A DNA stretch of 56,674 nt from a virus (IMGVR_UViG_3300037826_000110:1-56674); one strand, 5' to 3'; counted from the stretch's first letter, positions 10,017-19,948 are shown. The notes: generated by a model not told the origin, from the letters alone. A program made the numbers and translations.

Positions 10017-10131
10017 AGAGGTCCAATGCAGCGCGCACGCCAAAGAAAAAACCAAACACGGCGCCGATGGCCATCCCGATCATCGAGAAAGCCAGTAGCA
10101 GCAGCGCGGTCGCAGCCTGGCTAATCGGCAT
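9979..10131 (-). CDS. Small single-TM peptide (50 aa)
   Basis: MPISQAATALLLLAFSMIGMAIGAVFGFFFG...; fills the gap between neighbours. Confidence 0.4.
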   Translation of the reverse strand: MPISQAATALLLLAFSMIGMAIGAVFGFFFGVRAALDLYDRVQRYRPVGD

Positions 10132-10564
10132 ACTGTGCGGCAATCACCTTGATCTCGGCCAAGGATTTGGGGCCAATGCCATGTACGTCTAGCAAGGCCT
10201 CATCTCCCTGCTGCTCCAGCAGATTCCGCACCGCCCCCAGTGTCGCGATACCGGCATCCTCCAGCGCCGAGACGATGTCCGCACGCAACTCCGTTTCACC
10301 TAGGAGGATCTGATCCTCTTCGGAAAGCAGCCCCACGCCCACGGGTGCATAGTGCACCTCCCAGCGCTGGAATTGCTCTGGGATGACGGCCGTCACGGTC
10401 CCCACGGCCTCGCCGTTACGGAATAGCTCGGCACCGATGGGGATGGGTGGGTATTGCGGATGACGCGGGGTAATGATAACGCTGTGCTGTTTGTCCAGTC
10501 GATGAGCCTCGAAGCGCCACTGCACGTGGCCATCGACCATTACCACCATATCGTTATTGGCCAT
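10121..10564 (-). CDS. Protein with C-terminal helix-hairpin-helix (RNAP alpha-CTD-like) domain
   Basis: ALEDAGIATLG...LLDVHGIGPKSLAEI. Confidence 0.65.
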   Translation of the reverse strand: MANNDMVVMVDGHVQWRFEAHRLDKQHSVIITPRHPQYPPIPIGAELFRNGEAVGTVTAVIPEQFQRWEVHYAPVGVGLLSEEDQILLGETELRADIVSALEDAGIATLGAVRNLLEQQGDEALLDVHGIGPKSLAEIKVIAAQYAD

Positions 10565-11150
10565 AGGTCAACCGCCCCCACACGGTCGGGGTATACGTGC
10601 TCGACCCCTCCATCTTCAGCCGCACACAGACCCCTGCGGCTTGCACCTGACGGCCCTCGGTCGTCCCTCCCGAAATCACCAGCGTGGGATTGATGCTTCC
10701 CTCGCTGAGTGTGGAGGTCGCTAGTGACGTCGAGGTGTCGGCAGTCAGGGTAGAGGTCACCGTTGTGGTGGAGCCCCCCGTGGAATTCACGGTCACCGTC
10801 TGGTTCGTGGTCGCGGCGACGGTTTGGGCGTTGTAGACGTGATATTCCTCGGCGTCGAACCACGAGGTTGCCGAGCGGCAAGCCACGGGCTGCATTGAGA
10901 ACTGCGGCGTGACGGTGATGTTACCGGTCCCACTCACCTCGCCTGTGCCGTGCAGTCGCAACAGATCGGCCTCATCCACCAGATAAGCGGTTGAGTACGT
11001 GGTGGTGGTATAGGCCGTGTTGCCGTCGGCGAAAGTGATCGCCGATCCCATCGACTGCGCGGGGACCATGGCCGTGGACAACAATACCAGCGCTACCCCA
11101 ATCAGCAGCGCGACAAATAGCCAAATGCCTTTTCCAATGTTGATCTTCAT
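10554..11150 (-). CDS. Signal-peptide protein, Thr-rich, paralog of 9062-9568
   Basis: N-terminal signal/TM segment and shared motifs. Confidence 0.7.
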   Translation of the reverse strand: MKINIGKGIWLFVALLIGVALVLLSTAMVPAQSMGSAITFADGNTAYTTTTYSTAYLVDEADLLRLHGTGEVSGTGNITVTPQFSMQPVACRSATSWFDAEEYHVYNAQTVAATTNQTVTVNSTGGSTTTVTSTLTADTSTSLATSTLSEGSINPTLVISGGTTEGRQVQAAGVCVRLKMEGSSTYTPTVWGRLTYGQ

Positions 11151-11160
11151 ATTACCTCCG

Positions 11161-11472
11161 TTATTGCAGGCTATTCAAAATCACCTGCGTATTATGTAAA
11201 AACTCCTGGACCGCTACCACGCGATAGCGCGCGTGGCGATCGGCCCACGCTTCGTCTCCGGCCTCGATGTCGGCACGCGGCGGTGCATCCATTACCTTGA
11301 GTTGATCGGCAACCACCCCCTGCGGTAGGATAGCATCTTTGTACTGCCGTCCGGTGTCCGCGATCCTGGCGTTGTACGTTCCAATGCGCTGCCCCTCGCG
11401 CCAGATCTCGATTAGGTGATAGCTGTCTTGGGTGATTGGCCCGGCCGGGTTAGGTTTGAATCGTCCATGCAT
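11161..11472 (-). CDS. Head closure/stopper-like protein
   Basis: About 100 aa after the adaptor; ADI..GD...RYRV..V pattern. Confidence 0.55.
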   Translation of the reverse strand: MHGRFKPNPAGPITQDSYHLIEIWREGQRIGTYNARIADTGRQYKDAILPQGVVADQLKVMDAPPRADIEAGDEAWADRHARYRVVAVQEFLHNTQVILNSLQ

Positions 11473-12043
11473 TATCCAGCTCCACCTCGTCGTCGATGAA
11501 CGGGGCCATCAAATCCTCGCGATCCTCGGTGTCCGCTTTGACCAATGCCACTAGGCCACTACCGACCTGTCGCTCCAGGCGAGTCAGTAGATCGTTAAGT
11601 CCCTCACGAACACTGCTGCGATCCACAGACTCCTGCCCGAAGGTGTACTTTATGAAGCGGTCCGTGTCGGCCAGCAACCACTCGATGGCACGAATCGCAG
11701 CGCGGGCTACACTGTCGTTTTGCTGGTCTAAAAGATCGTTGAGCTCGGTGTCGGTGAAGGTGGTGTGTTGGTACGAGGCGCGCACCTGCGTACTGTCTGC
11801 GGGCGCGGCGGTGAAAGTAACTAACCCCAGATCATTGTTGATGACGTAATCCACGTCGCGCGTCTGCGGAGTGGCCACACCCCCGGCGACGAGTTTCAGC
11901 GATTCGCTGCCGCTGACCACGGGGGCCAGGTGCATCTGAAACTCGGTTACCACACCATCGCCGATCCCCAACGTTTCGTCGAGGGTGACTTTGGCGCGGT
12001 CGGCGATGCGCAAACGCAGACGTTGCAAGGTGGTGAGGGCCAT
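11450..12043 (-). CDS. Head-tail adaptor with inserted beta domain
   Basis: LRLRIAD...FTDTEL..LL...AA..AIE pattern interrupted by GDG...F...GLVTFTAAP. Confidence 0.65.
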   Translation of the reverse strand: MALTTLQRLRLRIADRAKVTLDETLGIGDGVVTEFQMHLAPVVSGSESLKLVAGGVATPQTRDVDYVINNDLGLVTFTAAPADSTQVRASYQHTTFTDTELNDLLDQQNDSVARAAIRAIEWLLADTDRFIKYTFGQESVDRSSVREGLNDLLTRLERQVGSGLVALVKADTEDREDLMAPFIDDEVELDNAWTIQT

Positions 12044-12047
12044 GGCT

Positions 12048-12377
12048 TTAGCCTACGCCCCCCATTTGCACGACGCGGCGCTGAACGCGCAGACGATTAT
12101 CCCGTTCCACCTCGGCCACGCTCATCTCGTGCGAAGCCCCGCAGCGGTCGCGCTGCCATTCCTCGGCAAAGCGTCGGCCGCATTCCCCGCATTGCGGGAG
12201 TTTCTCAAAGGCTTTGCGGTCGGGCTGTGGGTCTAGCGAAATGACCAACTGGTGACGCAGAAGCGAGCCGTCGTTGATGTGGCCCTGGAGCTGGAACACC
12301 TGCCCCAGTTTTACTTTGCCGACGGCACCCTCGTCATAATGGAAATCTTTACTGGCTACTACGTACTGGCCTTCCAT
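12048..12377 (-). CDS. Hypothetical protein with CxxC Zn motif
   Basis: Directly after the capsid gene; CGECGRRF. Confidence 0.6.
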   Translation of the reverse strand: MEGQYVVASKDFHYDEGAVGKVKLGQVFQLQGHINDGSLLRHQLVISLDPQPDRKAFEKLPQCGECGRRFAEEWQRDRCGASHEMSVAEVERDNRLRVQRRVVQMGGVG

Positions 12378-13357
12378 TAAGCATCCACCGCGTCGCTCAT
12401 GAACAGGCCAGCGTCGCTGGCCACGGCTTTCTGGTCCCAGGCCTCGAAGACCTCGATCAAGTCACCGCGATCAGAGATAGGATCACGGCGCCGCTTGACG
12501 AAACGCGTACCGCCAAAGACGGTTTGCCACACGAACGTATACCCCGCAGAGGGGTTGAAAAGCGCTGGGCTAGGAGAGACGTATCCTAGCCACGCATCAT
12601 CGTCCCAGTTAGCGGTGTAAGTCACGCTGGCCTCGGCGGTCCCCTCCTCGTCGGCGGTATACATCGAGATGCCGACGAGGACACGGTCAAGCTCTAGGAG
12701 CTGAGCCATAAGTTGACGGTTGACCATCGCCGGGCTGTCGGAGTTAGATCCGTACTTAATACGGTCCAGAATATTGGGGTGATCGGCCAGCTTGTCATAG
12801 GTCAGGTCCCCCAGCACTAAAGTGTTAGGATTCCAGCCGCCCAATGCGCGCCGAATGTCGCGCTTGAAGCCGCGAATATCCTGGATGGGTGTCGAGGTGG
12901 CGTAGACGCTCCACTTGGTGAAGTCGCCCCCGCCCGTCTTATCCGTTCCCCACACGCCGGTTTTCCAAAAGTCGGAGACCCACATCCGTTCATTTTTGAG
13001 CTCCAACTTATCGGTAGCCCAGCGCGTGCCGTCGCGATCCGCGTCGAATGGGGCGTCGGTGTTGGCGCGGCGTTGGTCGCTGATGGCGTGGCCCTGACCG
13101 TAGGGCTGGCAGTAGTACGTATCCGTGACATCCACCCCGTACCCGGAAATCGGCGGAGCCTCCATCTCGCTCAGCGCCTTGGCCTCGTCCCTGAACCAAT
13201 CGCTTTTATCGTATTTCGGGACAATGTCAGACTGCTTCATCACCTGCACGACGGGAAAGATCTCGCGGGCGATGTATAGCGCGTTGGAGTAGCCAACGCT
13301 GATATTTGTAAGAAGTGCATCGACATGCACTTCGCTAGCACCTGGTTGATCAGGCAT
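12377..13357 (-). CDS. Major capsid protein (HK97 fold)
   Basis: HVDALLTNISVGYSN..YIA..IFP.V.V start, PNTLVLG, HP.ILDRIKY, PSAGYTF; strong SD. Confidence 0.9.
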   Translation of the reverse strand: MPDQPGASEVHVDALLTNISVGYSNALYIAREIFPVVQVMKQSDIVPKYDKSDWFRDEAKALSEMEAPPISGYGVDVTDTYYCQPYGQGHAISDQRRANTDAPFDADRDGTRWATDKLELKNERMWVSDFWKTGVWGTDKTGGGDFTKWSVYATSTPIQDIRGFKRDIRRALGGWNPNTLVLGDLTYDKLADHPNILDRIKYGSNSDSPAMVNRQLMAQLLELDRVLVGISMYTADEEGTAEASVTYTANWDDDAWLGYVSPSPALFNPSAGYTFVWQTVFGGTRFVKRRRDPISDRGDLIEVFEAWDQKAVASDAGLFMSDAVDA

Positions 13358-13371
13358 TATTTACCTCCTTG

Positions 13372-13391
13372 ATTATTTCCTGGGAAATAAT
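13372..13391. promoter_or_regulatory. NBS-like palindrome 2
   Basis: ATTATTTCCTGGGAAATAAT, beside the capsid SD. Confidence 0.85.
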
Positions 13392-13410
13392 TGAGCCGAA
13401 ATATTTCCCG

Positions 13411-13800
13411 CTATGCCGCGCGATGCGGTGCGGCGCAATTGACCCAGGCGCGCACGATATCACCCGCAGCGCCGGCAGCCTCGAATACGGTACCGGCCAC
13501 GTACTCTGTGGTATCGGTGCCTGGGATCTTGCGATCCGCTTGGCCATCGGCTGATGGACCAATCAGATATCCCACGCTCAACGCGGCATCAGCCTCGATT
13601 TTGGTGGGACCAATGACAACGATCTCCGCCTGTTGCCCGGATTCCGGCGTATTTTGCAGCACGCCGGCGGGCACATCGGTCGCGGCGCTACAGGCCACTA
13701 CGGTGCTTCCGGAAAATTTGACGAAGTAGAATTGCTTATCGGAGAGATCCTCTCCGGCTTGCACACTGGTGATGATTGCTCCTTGTGCGACTGCCGTCAT
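13411..13800 (-). CDS. Capsid cement/decoration protein (DUF2190-like)
   Basis: AGEDLS..QFYFVK...GVLQN.P..G...G.A...A.AAGDIV; between protease and capsid genes. Confidence 0.8.
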   Translation of the reverse strand: MTAVAQGAIITSVQAGEDLSDKQFYFVKFSGSTVVACSAATDVPAGVLQNTPESGQQAEIVVIGPTKIEADAALSVGYLIGPSADGQADRKIPGTDTTEYVAGTVFEAAGAAGDIVRAWVNCAAPHRAA

Positions 13801-13804
13801 CGTT

Positions 13805-14935
13805 CTAACCTCCCTTTTGCTCGCGCTGATACGCCTGATAGAGATCGGGGCGTTCGCGCATTACGGCACCGAGTGCGGTTTCGTAATCGGTGCCAGCGTG
13901 CTCCTGCATGTACTGGGCCACCGCAGCCTCGACCGTCTTGAGTGTATCCGTGCTACCACGCGCTACGCCCTGCTCGGCAAATGCCGCTGCAAACTGAGCG
14001 TCCGCCTTGCGCAACACCTCGGCGAAGAAGCTGGCGTGCGGTTGCTCATCCTCACGGTCGGCACTGTACAGCCAGCGCAGATGACCGGCCAGGTCGGGCA
14101 GCGCTACGGGTAGGTGGGCGTAGGTTTCGGCCATCACGTTGAAACGTTCGCTTTCGCGGGCGTCCTGCACCGAAGTCAAGCGCGTGGAGAGATTTTCCAC
14201 CTGCTGGCGATAGTCATCGCGCTCACCGGTGACCGTCTCCAGGCGCTCGTTGAGCTCCGCGAGGCGTTGGCCATACTCATCCATCTGCGCCTGCATCTCG
14301 CTGAAGCCTTCGGGTGGCGGCGCAGACATTGGCGGCGCGTCGGGATCTGAGGCGTTGGCCGCCTGCTTGGTCACCCAGGCCCAGAATTGCTGGAGCATGC
14401 CATCTCCAGCGGGTTGCAAATTTTCAGCCATGGTAATACCTCCTTGTTGGCGCACCCGCTCGCTATAAAGCGCTGTGGAGTCGCCAAAAAATGGATAGTT
14501 CGTCAGTGCGCCACCGCCGATCTGGTTGTAAACCCAGCGATTCGTCTTGCGGTCGCGCACCTCCCAATAAACAGTAGGGGAGAAATAAGCGTACTCTCCG
14601 CTCTCAAGTGCATCTCTGCCCTTGGATGTCCATGAAAACCTTGCCCCCAGACCATTCGGCAGGGCCACAATGTCCTCGTACCATCCCACAGCACCGCCAT
14701 TATGATCAAGGTCAACAGCAAGGCGGGATCTGCGTAAGCCAATCTCACTACGGTTTTGCCAATGGTCCACGAAATCAGAAATTACCTCATCGGTGACGTC
14801 AATGCGCTCTCCATAGCGATAAAAGGTTTCTTTAGGGAGTATAGTTATAACTTCTCCAGCCAACGCGCGCTTAGCAACAGCACCATCGTCGGCGTACAAG
14901 TCAAGCGGTTTTATTACGTATTTATCTCCACGCAA
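13805..14935 (-). CDS. Prohead protease (Mu I-like) with nested C-terminal scaffold
   Basis: VDLDH, AVGW, WT..G...L..GEY.YFSP, ALTN.P motifs; TTG start at 14935 after GGAGG; internal SD plus ATG at 14431 followed by coiled coil. Confidence 0.85.
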   Translation of the reverse strand: MRGDKYVIKPLDLYADDGAVAKRALAGEVITILPKETFYRYGERIDVTDEVISDFVDHWQNRSEIGLRRSRLAVDLDHNGGAVGWYEDIVALPNGLGARFSWTSKGRDALESGEYAYFSPTVYWEVRDRKTNRWVYNQIGGGALTNYPFFGDSTALYSERVRQQGGITMAENLQPAGDGMLQQFWAWVTKQAANASDPDAPPMSAPPPEGFSEMQAQMDEYGQRLAELNERLETVTGERDDYRQQVENLSTRLTSVQDARESERFNVMAETYAHLPVALPDLAGHLRWLYSADREDEQPHASFFAEVLRKADAQFAAAFAEQGVARGSTDTLKTVEAAVAQYMQEHAGTDYETALGAVMRERPDLYQAYQREQKGG

Positions 14936-14951
14936 CGCTATTCCTCCAAAC

Positions 14952-15010
14952 AAAAAACCGGGGCCGCCTGCATTGCTGCAGACAGCCCCGGTTTTTTCCT
15001 CACGTCGGGC
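14952..15010 (-). terminator. Late-leader conserved motif plus intrinsic terminator (copy 1)
   Basis: GCCCGACGTGAG...CCGGGGCTG/CGGCCCCGG-TTTTTT just before the protease SD. Confidence 0.75.
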
Positions 15011-15022
15011 TATATTATCTAC

Positions 15023-15051
15023 ACTATAGCACAAACGTTCTTTTTGTGCAA
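15023..15051 (-). promoter_or_regulatory. Sigma70-type promoter with LexA-like box in the spacer
   Basis: TTGCAC-17-TATAGT; GAACGTTTGTGC at 15029-15040. Confidence 0.6.
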
Positions 15052-15052
15052 A

Positions 15053-17161
15053 TCACAGCCAAACCCACCGCCCGTTCACTTCTTCCTCCAAGTGACAGCG
15101 GCAGCGTCCGTCGCACTCTGTGCCATACCCGGGCAAAGTTCCACCTGTCGTTGAAAGCATCGCACTCATAGAGGGGTAGGTACGATCTCCGAAGCGCAGG
15201 CAGGTAGGGCAATGCTCAGCCAGCGGGTCCCATTCCCAACGCACGGCGCCGTCCTCTTGGTCGTACTGCCGGCGCTGATAGATCCCGCTCCAAATCCCCC
15301 GCCACACGTGCCCCGCGTACAACTCCGCGCGGGAATAACTCTGTGTCGCCGCTTTCACCGCCTCGGTGACCTCAAAGATCACCTCTTCACGACGGTCCTG
15401 CTTGAGTAGAAGCATGATCGCCGCGATGCGCCCCTCCAGTGTGCCGGCAATATCTCCAAATAAGGACGGCCGCCCTTCGGGATTCTCACGGCGCAATTCC
15501 CCACCAGTCTCATAGCCGATCCACGAATCGGCCAACTGAATCTCTTGCTGTAGGGCCATCAGTTGCTCCGGTCCCCCGGAGGGCTTACCGAAGCCCATCC
15601 AGAAGGCGGCCGCGATGTCCAGCAGGGACTTTTCGCGGAAGAGCAGCAACCCGGCCAGGATCAAGTCATCCAGCGTCTCACGTACCTGGGTTGCCGTCGC
15701 GTCCTCGCCCAGATCGGCGACGGTCTCGGCGGTCTCGGCGGTCCAGGTCTCGATATTCTCACGTTGGGCACTGGCATTTTCCTCCGCCAGTGCCTCGTAC
15801 TCTTTTGGGCGCTGGGCGGGGGGCGGGTGCTGGCCGTCGGCAAAGTGGAGCAAATTATTTCCTGGGAAATAATGGGCCGCTTGCGGTTCCTCCTCCTCGG
15901 CGACCTCTTCTTCGTCTTGCACCGGCTCCGGGCGCTCCAAAGCCTCCTCCGGGGGCTCCGGCATTCCCGGAATTAGTGAGCGCAGGAAGGCTTCTGTGCG
16001 CATGTCGGACGTGAGCAAGCGCGCGCTTGTCAGCGTGCCAATGTATTGCGCAATCTGCGTCAGGTCCAAACTGCGCGGGGAGGAGTGGCGCAGCTCGGGT
16101 AGAGCCGTCAGACCGGGGAAGTCATTGTAGCGGAAAAGATACGGGATGGCGTGACGGTTGAACTGCCCGGCGATATTATCCAGATACGCCTCTACGGAGA
16201 GCACAAAGGCGTCCAACAGTGTCTCGGCCAGGGCCTGGGTCCCTACGGAACGCAAGCCCAGGAGGAGAAACTGCGCTAAGATAGCGCGTGCCATCTCGGA
16301 GTCCTTGCGCATGATAGTGTTGCTCATGGTGGTATCGACGTTACCCTCCGGGCCGCCGAGATCCAGATCCCAACCCGAGGGCATCACCGCGCCCATCAGC
16401 TTGTCATTGTAGATGTTCTCTACCAGGCCCTCAGCCTTGGCCTCGTCGGAGTCCTCGCCATCCTCCGTGCGGGTGGTCGCGGTTTCTGGCAACGTGACGC
16501 GGGGGAACCCGGCCCAGCGGCGATACAGGCCGATGCCCTCCACCTGCTCCAGGCGACGCTTGTATTGCCAGGGACGCACGGCCGGGCGGTAAATGCTCAC
16601 GCCTTCGGGATCGTCACCCTCTCGCGAGGTGCGGAAGAGCACGCTGCGCTCCAGCGGGATCAGCACCGGCGCGCCATCCAGGCGGTTTTGCCACATTCCC
16701 AGCAGGTCGCCGTCGGTATCGTATTGCCAGCGGTTGAGCGTCTGTTGCGGTCGCAGGGCGATTTTGCGATACCCAACGCGGCCGTCGTCGAACTTGGACT
16801 GTGACGGCCGGCGGCGCTTGAGTACCATCTCAAAGTACGCCCAACCAAACGGAAACATCAAGCACACATCCGAGATTAGATCTGAGAATGACAGGCTCAT
16901 ATCATTGAATGCCGACCAAGCAAACTCTGCCGCCTCGCGGTCCACGTCCTCCTCGCCCCCGGCCTCGCAGTGCCAAGAGACCTTCCGCACCATCAAAGAG
17001 AGCGTCAGGTACATCGCCGCCGCGGTCGGATCGGTGCGGCGCATTTCGTCATATTTGCGGATACCGTTTAGGCCCCGTAACGCAGGATCGGATTCGACGA
17101 GTAGTGAATCCCCCCACTGGGACCGTCCGGTCACGCCTAATTGCTTAAATGCACTGGGCAT
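15053..17161 (-). CDS. Portal protein (Mu gp29/DUF935-like) fused to a MuF-like minor head domain
   Basis: Follows TerL; G...FE.V, P.G.S.YR, I.RAILAQ motifs; acidic linker, then C-terminal HCPTC...C..RCRC. Confidence 0.85.
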   Translation of the reverse strand: MPSAFKQLGVTGRSQWGDSLLVESDPALRGLNGIRKYDEMRRTDPTAAAMYLTLSLMVRKVSWHCEAGGEEDVDREAAEFAWSAFNDMSLSFSDLISDVCLMFPFGWAYFEMVLKRRRPSQSKFDDGRVGYRKIALRPQQTLNRWQYDTDGDLLGMWQNRLDGAPVLIPLERSVLFRTSREGDDPEGVSIYRPAVRPWQYKRRLEQVEGIGLYRRWAGFPRVTLPETATTRTEDGEDSDEAKAEGLVENIYNDKLMGAVMPSGWDLDLGGPEGNVDTTMSNTIMRKDSEMARAILAQFLLLGLRSVGTQALAETLLDAFVLSVEAYLDNIAGQFNRHAIPYLFRYNDFPGLTALPELRHSSPRSLDLTQIAQYIGTLTSARLLTSDMRTEAFLRSLIPGMPEPPEEALERPEPVQDEEEVAEEEEPQAAHYFPGNNLLHFADGQHPPPAQRPKEYEALAEENASAQRENIETWTAETAETVADLGEDATATQVRETLDDLILAGLLLFREKSLLDIAAAFWMGFGKPSGGPEQLMALQQEIQLADSWIGYETGGELRRENPEGRPSLFGDIAGTLEGRIAAIMLLLKQDRREEVIFEVTEAVKAATQSYSRAELYAGHVWRGIWSGIYQRRQYDQEDGAVRWEWDPLAEHCPTCLRFGDRTYPSMSAMLSTTGGTLPGYGTECDGRCRCHLEEEVNGRWVWL
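15854..15873. promoter_or_regulatory. NBS-like palindrome 3
   Basis: ATTATTTCCTGGGAAATAAT, in the portal-MuF linker. Confidence 0.85.
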
Positions 17162-17204
17162 ATCATCCCCCTTATTGCCTGTAATCAATGTTATAGGTTA
17201 TTCA

Positions 17205-18674
17205 TCAGCCCCATGGGCTGTTTTTCTGCAATCGTTTATGTGATGACAGCGGATTAGCTGTCGGTTGTCCCCCGGCTGTAATGGCCAAGGCCCATGCCCA
17301 GAACTTATCCGCGTGGTGTTTCTCGTTGCGTTCCGTGTCGAAGCGCGAAAGCTTGCCGCTAGTAGTCGTGCGCTTGATACTGTGAATTTGATAGGCGATA
17401 TCCCGATCCAGGGGAAGCGGGGTATTACCGCGCTCGGCCTGTACCCGGGCCTCCACCGCCCACAACTCCTTATTGGCGTTGGTGAAGTCCACGCCCTCGG
17501 CCTTGCCAGTGCGCATCAGATTCTCTGCTAGCTGAGCGCCAATCCCGTTTTGGTCGATCAGGATCTTGGTCACCGGCAGGCGCTTGATGATCTCGCGCAC
17601 GCAACGCTCCTGATCGTCATACGGCACGCGATCCAGGCTCACCGAGAAACGCAGGGGGAGCCTTCCCGCTGTGGAGAGTCCCACTAATGCCAATTCCGAT
17701 AGGTCACGCTTGCGTCCGATGTCCATCCCCCCGGCGAAGGCCGTCTCGATTTCCTTGCGCTTGATAGCCAGTTGCACGTCGCGAATCAGATCCAGGGCCT
17801 CATCTACGTTACGCGCGTGCCAGAACTTTTCTACGGCTGGCGTCTGATTACGCTTGATCAGCTCCCACGAGATCCACGCGGTAAGCTCATCCACCCAGGC
17901 ACACTCATATTCCTGCTGGAAATCCTCCAGGAACATGTTTTCAAAGATATCAATAAGGGCTGGGGTGCCGAAGGCGTATACGCGCTCTTCGGTGGGCATG
18001 GACGGCGCGACGTTGGCGGCTAGTTTGACGTTGGTGCACAGGGCTCCGACTGTCCACCACGGCAGGATACGACGATGCTGATCGTAGCCCGGATACGCCC
18101 GCATCTGCTGCGTGACGATCTCCCAGAATAGCCCCCTGGCCCCTAGTGGCGAGGAACCGATGCGAATGTAGCCGTCACCTTTGGTGGTCGCAGGAAGCGC
18201 CGCGCGATATACCTCACGGTCCAGACCGTGGGGGTAATGCGCCATCTCGTCGAGGTAGATACGGGCACGTGGTTTCCCACGCGGGGGACGGCAGGGATGG
18301 GAGATCAGCCGTGAACCATTGTCAAGTTCTATCGCGGAGCGGCTGGCACGTTTGAGGCCCGGTCGAACGGGCGGATCCAGGGCCTCGATAGTGGCCTTGG
18401 CGTAGCGGATTTTCTCTTGGGCCTCCTCGCGGTTGATGGAGACGAAGATGTGTGGGGTGTCGGGGTTGAGGATGCCGTCCACTACGGCGTCCAGCGCAGC
18501 GGTGAAACTCCAGGCGATCTGACGTGCTTTGACGTCGATGCCAAAACGTTCGGTATTATTAAGGTACAGTAATTGAAACAGCTCCCAGTGTGCGTCCGGT
18601 ATCCCAGCCGCAGTAGGGAGATCGAGAAACTCTACGGCAAATTGCGCCTTGGCTGATAGGTCCGTAAGGCGCAC
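17205..18674 (-). CDS. terL: Terminase large subunit (Mu gp28-like)
   Basis: KARQIAWS Walker A, IYLDEMA Walker B, GMDIGRKRD, HADKFWA. Confidence 0.93.
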   Translation of the reverse strand: MRLTDLSAKAQFAVEFLDLPTAAGIPDAHWELFQLLYLNNTERFGIDVKARQIAWSFTAALDAVVDGILNPDTPHIFVSINREEAQEKIRYAKATIEALDPPVRPGLKRASRSAIELDNGSRLISHPCRPPRGKPRARIYLDEMAHYPHGLDREVYRAALPATTKGDGYIRIGSSPLGARGLFWEIVTQQMRAYPGYDQHRRILPWWTVGALCTNVKLAANVAPSMPTEERVYAFGTPALIDIFENMFLEDFQQEYECAWVDELTAWISWELIKRNQTPAVEKFWHARNVDEALDLIRDVQLAIKRKEIETAFAGGMDIGRKRDLSELALVGLSTAGRLPLRFSVSLDRVPYDDQERCVREIIKRLPVTKILIDQNGIGAQLAENLMRTGKAEGVDFTNANKELWAVEARVQAERGNTPLPLDRDIAYQIHSIKRTTTSGKLSRFDTERNEKHHADKFWAWALAITAGGQPTANPLSSHKRLQKNSPWG

Positions 18675-18676
18675 AT

Positions 18677-19189
18677 CTAGTCCTCCAGAGTGTCGGCGGC
18701 TTCTAGTAGCTCAGCAGCCTCATGCAAGCGCTGTTTGCGTTCGTCTTGCCACTGCTCGGCATCCCACAGTACGTGATCAATCGGGCTGTCGCCATTGGTC
18801 ATCTCGTACTCTTGTTTGATACCGCGTAACAGCGCCTGCAAATCCTTCTCGGCCCAGGCTGCGCGACGCACCTCCTGAATCTCGGCCAGCAGGCGCGCGT
18901 TGCGCTCGTGGATGTCGGCTACAGCATACTTGCGCCAAGCCTCCTCCACAGCTTGCAAATCATGGTTAATGGTACCCAGACTGTAAGGCTTGCCGGTGTC
19001 GGGGTTTTTGAAATCACGCAGCGCGGCCACAATCTCGCGTTGCGTCAATCCCCGCAATGACAACGCCGCCACCCTGCGGCGTCGTAAATCAATTAAAGCA
19101 GCACGGCTGTTCAGTTTCATGGCGTTCAGTGCTGCTTCACGGAATGCCTCGCCGTCGTCCAACGGCGTAATGTCGTCTGAATCGGGCAT
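18677..19189 (-). CDS. terS: Terminase small subunit
   Basis: HTH (RRRRV..L..RGLTQREI) immediately upstream of TerL. Confidence 0.7.
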   Translation of the reverse strand: MPDSDDITPLDDGEAFREAALNAMKLNSRAALIDLRRRRVAALSLRGLTQREIVAALRDFKNPDTGKPYSLGTINHDLQAVEEAWRKYAVADIHERNARLLAEIQEVRRAAWAEKDLQALLRGIKQEYEMTNGDSPIDHVLWDAEQWQDERKQRLHEAAELLEAADTLED

Positions 19190-19210
19190 GTTGCCCTCCT
19201 ACGATATTAT

Positions 19211-19948
19211 TCATGAGACGATCATAACCCTCTGCGTGCGCTTGACACGAATGAATAGATTCAGTCCCTTCTTGCTGCGGCGGATTTCTAGATGCTTACC
19301 CCATTTACTCTTGAGATAAGCTAGCTCGCGCTCGTTACGTTCACCGGAGCGCATGTGCGCGTTCCCTCCGGTGTTGTTAAAGCGCTGATGCATTATGGCG
19401 CAACGCTCGTCCACAAGCACGCAACGGTATTTTAGGAGTGCTTGGAGACAATAGTCGATATCCGCGCGCAGCTTCAACGAGGTGTCGTAGCGCAGCTCGC
19501 GTCCAATAATTCCAATCGCGCCCCCGACCCAGTTGTTAAGGGAAAATGGGTTCTGGGGGTGAAACTTGCGTACATCGCCACTGTGCTGTGAGAAACCAAA
19601 CACACAGGTCCCGAGGCCCCTGGCGATCCGGGCCGCGTTCTCAACCATTTGCAAAGCTACGTCAGGATCGACGACAGTCGCGGCGGCGGTGGTGCGTCCG
19701 GCGTTCATGCGCAGGTGGCTGACGTCGTCATCGACCATAAAGACGGTCTCCTCTGTGATATTATCCAGGATCCACTGTCGCAGGGGACCAATCCCCGCCA
19801 CGCTCGACGGGTGCGTGATAATTTCTGCATCCAGGACGGCATAGTCCTCCGCTTCGGCCTCATCTACGCACACGGCGGCCGAGGGGAACAGCTCAAGCGC
19901 CTTCCCACATAACGCTACTCTTCGTCGACTGGGGATGATGATGCGCAT
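19211..19948 (-). CDS. GT-A fold glycosyltransferase (TAGT/GREB1-like), putative DNA modification
   Basis: IIIPSRRR, RQWILD, VFMVDDD, DIDYCLQ motifs; ATG 19948 with GGAGG. Confidence 0.7.
   Translation of the reverse strand: MRIIIPSRRRVALCGKALELFPSAAVCVDEAEAEDYAVLDAEIITHPSSVAGIGPLRQWILDNITEETVFMVDDDVSHLRMNAGRTTAAATVVDPDVALQMVENAARIARGLGTCVFGFSQHSGDVRKFHPQNPFSLNNWVGGAIGIIGRELRYDTSLKLRADIDYCLQALLKYRCVLVDERCAIMHQRFNNTGGNAHMRSGERNERELAYLKSKWGKHLEIRRSKKGLNLFIRVKRTQRVMIVS

Noticed and set aside
17202-17208. CUGAUGA on the minus strand as another hammerhead
   Set aside because: It is the TerL stop region; no GAAA or flanking stems were found
13805-18674. Transposable Mu-like phage
   Set aside because: Head genes are Mu-like, but no transposase, MuB or host-DNA ends are seen
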